Below are positions 1 to 7,705 of a DNA stretch of 32,000 nt, piece after piece. Below the pieces are notes generated by a model. It worked only from the letters and a program-made list of their open reading frames with translations, did no database searches and had not been told where the DNA came from. Made by a program: the position numbers and the translations under genes. Source of the DNA: Patescibacteria group bacterium (GTDB lineage Bacteria; Patescibacteriota; Patescibacteriia; UBA2591; UBA6264); NCBI GenBank assembly GCA_028713575.1, contig JAQTOB010000006.1:1-32000 (forward strand), written 5' to 3'. Positions within the stretch are counted from its first letter, which is position 1. Each line of letters opens with the position of its first letter.

Positions 1-29
1 TTGACATCCGGAAAATAAAATGATAATCT
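1..29 (+). promoter_or_regulatory. candidate sigma70-like promoter (TTGACA / 17 nt / TGn-TAATCT)
   Basis: TTGACA at 1-6, TG at 21-22, TAATCT at 24-29, 55 nt upstream of the ATG at 85. Sequence match only. Confidence 0.3.
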
Positions 30-84
30 TATTTTATCTTATCGTAAATTTATTTGGTTTTTTATTGTAATTTCATTTATCTAT

Positions 85-1167
85 ATGAAAGGATTGGAAA
101 AGGATTTTCCCTGGACGCTGTCCAAGACGAAAGTCAGGGGATTGAATAAGAAATTCGATTTGGCCAACGTGGCCGACCGGCAAAGATATTTCAAAGCTAA
201 GGCCGGCAAGGAAATAGAAAAATTGAAAGAGTATTTTAATCAGAATACTTTTATTGCCTATTGGTTAGGAAAGAAAAATTCCGGTAAAGGAACTTATTCC
301 AAATTAATGGTGGAAATTTTTGGACAGGACAGGATTAGCCATATTTCCGTGGGAGATGTGGTCAGGGACGTGCACATGGAAGTAGCGGATGTCGGAAAAA
401 GAAAAAAGCTGGTGGATTATTTAAAACAAAACTATCGTGGCTATATTTCCGTCGACGAAGCGATAAAATCGCTTTTAAACAGGGGGACAAAGTTCCTGCT
501 GCCCACGGAATTCATCCTGGCTCTGGTCAAGAGGGAGATAGACAAGATGCCGAAAAAGACCATTTTTATCGATGGTTTTCCTCGGGGTATGGATCAGGTT
601 TCTTATTCCCTTTATTTTAGGGATTTAATTAATCATCGCGACGATCCAGACGTTTTCATTATTATTGACATCCCAGAAGAAATAATAGACCAAAGAATGA
701 AATATCGGACGATTTGTCCCAAATGTCACACCTCTAGAAGTATAAGGTTTTTGCCTACACAGAACATTGGTTATGATAAAACAAAAAAAGAATTCTATTT
801 GATGTGCGACAATCCAGAATGCAATAAAGCGCGCATGGTCGCCAAAGAAGGGGACGACCTGGGTATAGAATCAATTAGAGAAAGACTGAATCTTGATGGT
901 GAATTGATAAAAAAAGTGGCGGTTTTGCACGGCATCCCGAAAATCCTATTGCGAAATGCCGTTCCGGCCAAAAAAATTAAATTTTTAGTTGATGATTATG
1001 AGATTACGCCTGAATATGATTATAATTTAGATAATAATAAAAAAATAAAAATTATTGAAAAGTCATGGATAATTAAGAACGACGAAGGTCAAAAATCTTA
1101 TAGTCTCTTGGCGCCACCAGTAGTTGTTTCTTTAATTAAACAATTGAAAAAAGTTTTAATCGGATAA
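85..1167 (+). CDS. divergent adenylate-kinase-like NMP kinase with N- and C-terminal extensions (360 aa)
   Basis: P-loop GKKNSGKGT, ISVGDVVRD, IDGFPRGMDQ and a Cys4 LID-like CPKC...CDNPEC. It has about 50 extra N-terminal and 90 extra C-terminal residues relative to the canonical adk at 14073. Confidence 0.6.
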   Translation: MKGLEKDFPWTLSKTKVRGLNKKFDLANVADRQRYFKAKAGKEIEKLKEYFNQNTFIAYWLGKKNSGKGTYSKLMVEIFGQDRISHISVGDVVRDVHMEVADVGKRKKLVDYLKQNYRGYISVDEAIKSLLNRGTKFLLPTEFILALVKREIDKMPKKTIFIDGFPRGMDQVSYSLYFRDLINHRDDPDVFIIIDIPEEIIDQRMKYRTICPKCHTSRSIRFLPTQNIGYDKTKKEFYLMCDNPECNKARMVAKEGDDLGIESIRERLNLDGELIKKVAVLHGIPKILLRNAVPAKKIKFLVDDYEITPEYDYNLDNNKKIKIIEKSWIIKNDEGQKSYSLLAPPVVVSLIKQLKKVLIG

Positions 1168-1192
1168 AAATTGACATTGTGGAAAAGTAATG

Positions 1193-1220
1193 TTGCTAAA
1201 TAAAATAATTATGATATACT
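1193..1220 (+). promoter_or_regulatory. candidate tuf promoter (TTGCTA / 16 nt / TGa-TATACT extended -10)
   Basis: TTGCTA at 1193-1198, TG at 1212-1213, TATACT at 1215-1220, 85 nt upstream of the tuf ATG. Sequence match only. Confidence 0.4.
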
Positions 1221-1305
1221 ATTTGGGATCTTAATTAGGTAATATAGTTCGCAAATTTTTATATTTTTTATTTAATAATTAGTTTGCGAAAATGAGGTAA
1301 TTAAT

Positions 1306-2511
1306 ATGGCAGAAAAAGCAAAATTTGAAAGAGACAAGCCGCACATCAATGTGGGAACCATTGGTCATGTTGATCACGGAAAAACCACTTTAACCGCGGC
1401 GATATTAAAATGTTTAAAAAGTGCGGGGAAAAAAGCAGAAGAAAGGTCTGTTGACCAGATTGATAATGCCCCGGAAGAAAAAGAAAGAGGGATTACCATT
1501 GCTCTTTCTCATGTTGAATATGAAACAGATAAGCGTCATTATGCGCATATTGATTGTCCGGGACACGCCGATTATATTAAAAATATGATTACTGGCGCGG
1601 CTCAAATGGACGGATCAATTTTGGTTATTTCCGCGAGTGACGGACCAATGCCACAAACTAGAGAACACATTCTTTTATCTAGGCAGGTCGGAGTTCCGGC
1701 CATCATTGTCTTTTTAAACAAGACAGATATGGTAGAGGACAAGGAATTGGTTGACTTAGTTAAAGAAGAAGTAAAAGATTTATTGAAAAAATATGAATTT
1801 CCCGGCGATGAACTTCCCATTATTGAAGGCTCGGCTTTAAAGGCCTTGGAATGCGGTTGTGGCAAGGCAGATTGTCCTCATTGCGGACCAATTCTTAAAT
1901 TAGTAGAAGCGCTTGATAGCTATATTCCTGAACCAAAAAGAGACACAGAAAAGTCATTTTTAATGCCAATTGAAGATATTTTTACCATTGAAGGGAGAGG
2001 AACAGTAGTGACGGGTAAAATTGAAAGAGGTATTGTAAAAATAAACGAAGAGGTGGAAATTGTCGGTTTACGACCAACACAAACAACCGTAGTAACCGGA
2101 ATTGAGATGTTTAGAAAATCATTAGATGAAGGCGTAGCCGGAGATAATGCAGGAATTCTTTTGCGCGGAATTAAAAAGACCGACGTGGAAAGAGGACAAG
2201 TGATTGCTAAGCCAAAAACCGTTACTCCACACACTGAATTTGAAGGACAAATCTATATTCTCTCCAAAGAAGAAGGGGGTCGTCATACCCCGTTTTTTAA
2301 TGGTTATAAACCGCAATTTTATATCCGGACCACTGATGTTACCGGCGACGTTACTTTGCCGGAAGGAACAGAGATGGCTATGCCCGGGGACACGCTTAAC
2401 ATTAAAGTTAAATTAAATAAAGAAATTGCCTTAGAAGATCAAATGAGATTTGCCGTTAGAGAAGGAGGAAAGACTGTAGCTTCAGGCGTTGTGACCAAGG
2501 TGGTTAAATAA
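1306..2511 (+). CDS. tuf: translation elongation factor Tu
   Basis: [18 protein letters not shown] and NKTD G-motifs. Full-length similarity to bacterial EF-Tu. GAGG 8 nt upstream of the ATG. Confidence 0.98.
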   Translation: MAEKAKFERDKPHINVGTIGHVDHGKTTLTAAILKCLKSAGKKAEERSVDQIDNAPEEKERGITIALSHVEYETDKRHYAHIDCPGHADYIKNMITGAAQMDGSILVISASDGPMPQTREHILLSRQVGVPAIIVFLNKTDMVEDKELVDLVKEEVKDLLKKYEFPGDELPIIEGSALKALECGCGKADCPHCGPILKLVEALDSYIPEPKRDTEKSFLMPIEDIFTIEGRGTVVTGKIERGIVKINEEVEIVGLRPTQTTVVTGIEMFRKSLDEGVAGDNAGILLRGIKKTDVERGQVIAKPKTVTPHTEFEGQIYILSKEEGGRHTPFFNGYKPQFYIRTTDVTGDVTLPEGTEMAMPGDTLNIKVKLNKEIALEDQMRFAVREGGKTVASGVVTKVVK

Positions 2512-2579
2512 TTCACAATTAGCGGGACATTGGACGGGTTAATTAATTTTTCAATACTCAAATAGTTCTTTGTAATGTA

Positions 2580-2954
2580 ATGATTGAAAAAAAGTCCGCT
2601 TCTGGCGGAAAACAAAAAACAGAAAAAGAACAAGAAAAAGAGGCTAAATATCAGCCGAGGATTAGAATTAAAGTAAGGTCTTATGATCATCGAGTCATTG
2701 ATGAGGCGCTAAAAGGTATTATTGAGGCCGTTTCCAGGACAGGAGCAAAGGTTATTGGCCCGATTTTTCTTCCAACAGAAAATAAAAAATATACTGTTTT
2801 AAGATCTTCCTTTGTACATAAAGATTCTCGCGATCAATTTGAAAAAAGAATTCACAAAAGGTTAATTGATATTGTTGATTTTAGCTCTCAAACACTGGAG
2901 ACATTAACAGGCCTTCATTTGCCGGCTGGCGTGGACGTAGAAATAAAAATGTAA
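2580..2954 (+). CDS. rpsJ: 30S ribosomal protein S10 with about 20-aa K/E-rich N-terminal extension
   Basis: RIRIKVRSYDHRVIDEA core and position after tuf. 2580 is the only in-frame ATG after the upstream stop at 2544. Confidence 0.93.
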   Translation: MIEKKSASGGKQKTEKEQEKEAKYQPRIRIKVRSYDHRVIDEALKGIIEAVSRTGAKVIGPIFLPTENKKYTVLRSSFVHKDSRDQFEKRIHKRLIDIVDFSSQTLETLTGLHLPAGVDVEIKM

Positions 2955-3069
2955 ACAGTCAAGAAAAAAAGAATTAAAAGTGAACCTTAAAGGGTTATCG
3001 TTTAATTATATTTTTCTTAATCTTGAGGTTTAAAATTTTCTAATTTTAAAAACAATTTAAATTTATTTA

Positions 3070-3114
3070 AAAACGGGTTTTTGAGTTAGGGAATTTATCT
3101 TTGCCCGTTTTTTT
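3070..3114 (+). terminator. terminator/attenuator-like hairpin inside the rpsJ-rplC spacer
   Basis: AAAAACGGG (3070-3077 region) pairs with CCCGTTTTT (3104-3111) and is followed by a T-run. The loop is about 26 nt, so this is weak as an intrinsic terminator. Confidence 0.3.
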
Positions 3115-3205
3115 AGTTGCTCGTCCGAAATTTGTGAACTAAAAAGGAGAGGAACTCATAATTGTAGCAAAAATTTTTTCATTACGTTTATAAATTTTAA
3201 TAATT

Positions 3206-3820
3206 ATGGTAAAATATATTTTAGGAAAAAAAATAGGAATGTCCCAAATTTTTAAAGAAGAAAAAGTGATTCCCGTCACTAAAATTCAGGCGGGCCCTTG
3301 TTTAATTACCCAAGTAAAAACATCAGACAAAGAAGGCTATTCAGCAATTCAAATTGCCTTTGATAAAAAAAGAAAAATTAATAAGCCTCTACTTGGGCAT
3401 TTAAAAAAAATTCAAGGAGAAAAAGAGCATAACCGATATTTAAGGGAATTTAGAACAGGAATAGATAATTTAAAAGCAGGGGATAAAATAACGGTTGACA
3501 TTTTTCAACCAGGCGACAAAGTAAAAGTCTCAGGAATTTCTAAAGGAAAGGGTTTTCAGGGCGTGGTGAAAAGACATGGTTTTCACGGCTCTCCGGCCAC
3601 CCATGGACATAAAGATCAGTTAAGAATGCCCGGTTCAATCGGCGCCGGTGGAGTAGCTCGGGTTTTTAAGGGTCAGAAAATGGCTGGTCATATGGGAGCG
3701 GAAAGAGCGACAATTAAAAATTTGGAAATTATAGAAATAGACTCCGCGACCAACACGATTTTAATCAAAGGCGCGGTTCCGGGAATTAAAAATAGTCTTT
3801 TAGAAATAGTTCAAGAATAA
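3206..3820 (+). CDS. rplC: 50S ribosomal protein L3
   Basis: KVSGISKGKGFQGVVKRHGF motif and operon position. Confidence 0.97.
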   Translation: MVKYILGKKIGMSQIFKEEKVIPVTKIQAGPCLITQVKTSDKEGYSAIQIAFDKKRKINKPLLGHLKKIQGEKEHNRYLREFRTGIDNLKAGDKITVDIFQPGDKVKVSGISKGKGFQGVVKRHGFHGSPATHGHKDQLRMPGSIGAGGVARVFKGQKMAGHMGAERATIKNLEIIEIDSATNTILIKGAVPGIKNSLLEIVQE

Positions 3821-3821
3821 T

Positions 3822-4469
3822 ATGTTAAATGTTCCTGTTTATAATCAAGAGGGGAAAATAGTGGGTAAAGAAAAATTGGATTCTCAAATTTTTGGTTTGC
3901 CGCCAAAACCAGAGTTAATTCATCAAGTTGTGGTTTCTCTCTTAGCCAACCAAAGACATCCTTTTGCGCATACAAAAACAAAGGGAGAAATTCGCGGTGG
4001 CGGTCGCAAACCTTGGCGACAAAAAGGAACAGGTCGAGCCAGGGCCGGCTCAATCCGTTCTCCTCTTTGGCGGGGCGGAGGAATTGTTTTTGGTCCGAAC
4101 AAAGAAAAAAATTATAATAAAAAAATAAACAAGAAAATAAAAAAACAGGTTTTTTATATGTGCCTTTCCGATAAGGTTAAAGATAAAAAATTCATTGTTT
4201 TAGATACTTTTGAATTAAAAGAAATTAAAACAAAGACTTTTTTTACTATTTTAAGTAAATTAATTCCCGACAGAGAGAAAAATGAAAAAATAAAAATTCT
4301 TCTTAGTTTATCGGAAAACAATTTAAATACCATTAAGTCGGCCCGAAACATAAAAAATTTAAAAACAATGCCGGTAACAAAATTAAATATTTTAGATTGT
4401 TTGAGGTCAAATTATTTAATTACCACTCTTAAGGGGCTAAAGATTATTCAAGAACATTTTAAAAAATAA
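3822..4469 (+). CDS. rplD: 50S ribosomal protein L4
   Basis: RGGGRKPWRQKGTGRARAGSIRSPLWRGGG motif. Starts 1 nt after the rplC stop. Confidence 0.97.
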   Translation: MLNVPVYNQEGKIVGKEKLDSQIFGLPPKPELIHQVVVSLLANQRHPFAHTKTKGEIRGGGRKPWRQKGTGRARAGSIRSPLWRGGGIVFGPNKEKNYNKKINKKIKKQVFYMCLSDKVKDKKFIVLDTFELKEIKTKTFFTILSKLIPDREKNEKIKILLSLSENNLNTIKSARNIKNLKTMPVTKLNILDCLRSNYLITTLKGLKIIQEHFKK

Positions 4470-4550
4470 ATATATTTATTTTTGCCCCGTTTAGGAATTT
4501 AATAATGGGGAAGAAATCACTAACTTTATATTAAAGTAAAAATATTCTTT

Positions 4551-5006
4551 ATGACAGAAAAAGGAATAAAAAAATTTTTAACAGGACTGAAGAAAAAAAC
4601 AAAAATTGACGATAAAAAAACGGAATCGGTTTCTTTGGCGGACAAAAAAGAGAAAATTGATGTTAAGGAAGAGAAAAAAAAATTACCGGAAATAAAAACC
4701 GACGATAGATTAAAAATGGAATTAAAAACCGACACCACAGTTTTGGTTAGGCCTGTTATTACGGAAAAAGCGACAACTCAGCAAGCCGTTGGATGTTATA
4801 CATTTGAAATAAATAATCGAGCAAATAAATTTTCCATTATGCAGGCAATTAAGGAGATTTATCATGTTGAACCATTAAAAATTAATATTATTAAAACAAA
4901 AGGGAAAAAAGTGCGCTATGGTCGGTCAAGCGGCACAACAAAATCAAAGAAAAAGGCCCTGGTTTTTTTAAAGAAAAACGATAAAATAGAATTTGTGAAA
5001 AAATAA
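4551..5006 (+). CDS. rplW: 50S ribosomal protein L23 (long ORF; alternative start at 4716 gives a canonical-length protein)
   Basis: VLVRPVITEKAT core. The first 55 codons are lysine-rich low complexity, and the internal ATG at 4716 (MELKTDTT...) would give 96 aa. Confidence 0.9.
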   Translation: MTEKGIKKFLTGLKKKTKIDDKKTESVSLADKKEKIDVKEEKKKLPEIKTDDRLKMELKTDTTVLVRPVITEKATTQQAVGCYTFEINNRANKFSIMQAIKEIYHVEPLKINIIKTKGKKVRYGRSSGTTKSKKKALVFLKKNDKIEFVKK

Positions 5007-5008
5007 AT

Positions 5009-5854
5009 ATGCTTAAGATATATAAACCAACAACACCGGGAAGAAGAAATATGACTTCAGTTAGTACAAAATCCTTATCTAAGACAAGGCCTTTAAAACG
5101 TTTGATAGTTATAAAAAAATCAAAAGCAGGCAGAAGCAAAAAAGGAAATATTACAGTTAGGCATCAAGGAGGGGGAGAAAAAAAGTTTTATCGGAAAATA
5201 GATTTTAAACAAGATAAATTTGAAATTCCCGCAAAAGTAAAATTTTTAGAATATGACCCCAATCGTTCAGCTTGGATCGCTTTAATTTATTACGCAGATG
5301 GAGAGAAAAGATATATTATTGCGCCGGAAGATATTAAAATAGACGACAAGATTTTAACTTCAAAAAATCAAATTTCTACAGAAATTGGCAATCGTCTGCC
5401 CTTGAAATACATGCCCATTGGAACAAAAATTCATAATATTGAATTAGTGCCGAATCAGGGCGGGAAAATTGTTCGGTCAGCTGGAAATGCGGCAGTCTTA
5501 ATGGCTATTTCTAATGGTTTGGCTCAGATTAAATTGCCCTCCGGGGAAAGACGGCTGGTTAAAGAAGATTGTTTCGCTTCTTGCGGTTCAGTCGGTAACG
5601 CAGATTGGCGTTATGTAAATTGGGGTAAGGCGGGAAGAAAGAGACACAGGGGAATCAGGCCATCGGTTAGGGGGAAGGCCATGGCGCCAGTCGCTCATCC
5701 GCACGGCGGAGGAGAAGGACATTCGCCGATTGGTTTAGTGCATCCTAAAACACCATGGGGAAAGCCGGCCTTAGGGGTTAAAACCAGAAAAAAGAAAAAA
5801 TGGACAAATAAATATATTATTCAAAGAAGAATTAAAAAAAGAAGAAAGCGTTAG
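5009..5854 (+). CDS. rplB: 50S ribosomal protein L2
   Basis: KPTTPGRRNM and HPHGGGEG motifs. Confidence 0.98.
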   Translation: MLKIYKPTTPGRRNMTSVSTKSLSKTRPLKRLIVIKKSKAGRSKKGNITVRHQGGGEKKFYRKIDFKQDKFEIPAKVKFLEYDPNRSAWIALIYYADGEKRYIIAPEDIKIDDKILTSKNQISTEIGNRLPLKYMPIGTKIHNIELVPNQGGKIVRSAGNAAVLMAISNGLAQIKLPSGERRLVKEDCFASCGSVGNADWRYVNWGKAGRKRHRGIRPSVRGKAMAPVAHPHGGGEGHSPIGLVHPKTPWGKPALGVKTRKKKKWTNKYIIQRRIKKRRKR

Positions 5855-5943
5855 GTAGTCGGGCAATGGGGCAATCGGACAATCAGGGAACCAACCTCTA
5901 ATCCCCAATCCCCAGCGCCCAATTAACTAATTAATCAATTTAT

Positions 5944-6243
5944 ATGGCAAGAAGTTTAAAAAAAGGTCCTTGGGTTGATCCTAAGTTATTGAAAAAAATT
6001 TCCAAATTATCATCAGACGATAAAACAATTATTAAAACCTGGTCAAGAAGTTCCACTATTGTGCCGGAAATGGTTGGTTTTACAATTGGGGTTCATAACG
6101 GAAAAACTCATGTTCCAGTATTTATTGTGGAAAATATGGTAGGACATAAACTGGGAGAATTTTCTTTAACCAGGAAATTTGTTAGACATGGGGGGAAAAT
6201 GCAAAGAGAGATAGAATCAGCGGCCGCAACTAAGAATAAATAA
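5944..6243 (+). CDS. rpsS: 30S ribosomal protein S19
   Basis: [12 protein letters not shown] ... GHKLGEF. Confidence 0.97.
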   Translation: MARSLKKGPWVDPKLLKKISKLSSDDKTIIKTWSRSSTIVPEMVGFTIGVHNGKTHVPVFIVENMVGHKLGEFSLTRKFVRHGGKMQREIESAAATKNK

Positions 6244-6261
6244 AAAGCAGTTGAATAAAAT

Positions 6262-6789
6262 ATGGAAATTAAAGCCAAAGGAAAATATTTAAAAATATCA
6301 CCAAAAAAAGCAAGACTGGTTATTGATTTGATTAGAAATAAAGATGCTTCAGAGGCCTTGGATTATTTAAAGTTTATTCCCAAAAAGGCCAGTCATTTAA
6401 TTGCCAAGGTTTTAAAATCGGCCATTTCCAATGCTGAACATAACTTTAATTTAAAGAAAGAAAATCTTTTTATAAAAGAAATTTTTATCAATCAAGGTCC
6501 GGTTCTCAAGCGTTGGCGAGCCAGAGCCTTTGGTCGGGCAGCAGAAATACGCAAAAAAAGTTCTCATTTAGAAATTATTTTGAAAGAAAAAGTTCCTAGC
6601 CCGAAAATTAAATCAATAAAACAGAAACAAGAAAAACCGGTTTTAGAAGAAAATTTAGAAATAAAATCAAAAGAAGAAATTCACGACCAAGAAATATCTC
6701 ATTTCTCAGAAAAAGAAAAAAAACAGGGAAAAATTAAAAATAAAAAAACAGGTGCTTTAAAAAAGATTTTTAGAAGAAAGAGTATATAG
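6262..6789 (+). CDS. rplV: 50S ribosomal protein L22 with about 65-aa K/E-rich C-terminal tail
   Basis: AKGKYLKISPKKARLVIDLIRNK and RWRARAFGRA core. The tail begins near 6590. Confidence 0.95.
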   Translation: MEIKAKGKYLKISPKKARLVIDLIRNKDASEALDYLKFIPKKASHLIAKVLKSAISNAEHNFNLKKENLFIKEIFINQGPVLKRWRARAFGRAAEIRKKSSHLEIILKEKVPSPKIKSIKQKQEKPVLEENLEIKSKEEIHDQEISHFSEKEKKQGKIKNKKTGALKKIFRRKSI

Positions 6790-6805
6790 AATAAATTTAA
6801 AAATT

Positions 6806-6927
6806 AAAATGACAGTTCAAAGTTCAAAGTTAACAATAAATAATAAATTTCCGCTTGGCGGAATACCTAAATTTTGCATTTTGTTTGTTGACATAAACAA
6901 GCATTTAGCATTTAGCATTTAGCGAAG
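6806..6927 (+). repeat. spacer element copy A (mini-ORF 6809-6922, hairpin 6849-6863, GCATTTA x3, AGCGAAG 6921-6927)
   Basis: Homologous to 7598-7705 and 10802-10872 by direct alignment. Contains an open 37-codon frame, MTVQSSKLTINNKFPLGGIPKFCILFVDINKHLAFSI. Confidence 0.85.
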
Positions 6928-6932
6928 TATTT

Positions 6933-7577
6933 ATGGGAAGAAAAGTAAATCCAAAAATTTTTCGTACGCCGTTAATTAGAGATTGGGATTCAAAATGGTT
7001 TGCCAAAAAGTATAAATTTAGATTTTTATTAAAAGAAGATTTACAAATTAGAAAATTTTTAGAAAAAAAATTAAAAAATTGCGGCGTAGCAAGAATTAAT
7101 ATTGAACGGATGGCTAACACGATTAAAGTTATTATTTATACAGCCAAACCGGGCTTGATTATTGGTCGGGGGGGGGTGGATATAGAAAAATTAAAAGAAG
7201 AGATAAAGAAGTTTTTATCGCAAGATATGATTTTAGAAGTAAATGTTTTGGAAGAAAAATCGCCGGCGATTTCTTCAATGGTTGTTTTAGAAGGAGCTAT
7301 TTCCGAGTTAGAAAAAAGAATTCCTTTTCGTCGGGTAATGAAAAAAATAATAAAGCAAGTTCAGGTCGGAGGCGCCAAGGGAGTTAAAATTATTGCTAGT
7401 GGTCGTTTAGGCGGAGCCGAGATTGCTCGTTCAGAAAAATTAATTTGGGGTAGTCTTCCATTACAAACATTAAGGGCGGAAATTGATTATGCCCGCGGGA
7501 CTGCTTTTACAATTTACGGAACCATTGGCGTAAAGATTTGGATTTATAAGGGTGAGAAATTTAATAAAGAAAATTAA
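6933..7577 (+). CDS. rpsC: 30S ribosomal protein S3
   Basis: MGRKVNPKIFR N-terminus and KH-domain GLIIGRGG. Confidence 0.98.
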   Translation: MGRKVNPKIFRTPLIRDWDSKWFAKKYKFRFLLKEDLQIRKFLEKKLKNCGVARINIERMANTIKVIIYTAKPGLIIGRGGVDIEKLKEEIKKFLSQDMILEVNVLEEKSPAISSMVVLEGAISELEKRIPFRRVMKKIIKQVQVGGAKGVKIIASGRLGGAEIARSEKLIWGSLPLQTLRAEIDYARGTAFTIYGTIGVKIWIYKGEKFNKEN

Positions 7578-7597
7578 CAATTTAAAAATCAAACATC

Positions 7598-7705
7598 AAA
7601 ATGACAATTAAAAATTTAAAATTAATAATAAATAATGAATTTTTGCGGAGTGGAATGCCTAAATTTTGCATTTTGCATTTTATACTTTGCATTTAATGAG
7701 CGAAG
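7598..7705 (+). repeat. spacer element copy B (mini-ORF 7601-7696, TTGCATTT words, AGCGAAG 7699-7705)
   Basis: About 80% identical to copy A over the first 75 nt from the ATG, with no indel. Open 31-codon frame MTIKNLKLIINNEFLRSGMPKFCILHFILCI. Confidence 0.85.

Noticed and set aside
1414-2690. Six antisense or alternative-frame ORFs (60-104 aa) overlapping tuf and the tuf-rpsJ junction
   Set aside because: They lie entirely within or against a highly conserved EF-Tu frame, have low-complexity translations and no start context. These are typical shadow ORFs. The same applies to the other minus-strand ORFs overlapping r-protein genes, secY, pnp, hisS and the UXS-like gene.
7655-7700. Bacteroidetes-style promoter (TTTG at -33, TAnnTTTG at -7) within the TTTTGCATTTTG / TATACTTTG part of the spacer elements
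   Set aside because: The candidate -7 boxes (TAAATTTTG, TATACTTTG) are off by one nucleotide from TAnnTTTG. I could not find consistent spacing to a -33 TTTG across copies. There is no support beyond resemblance.
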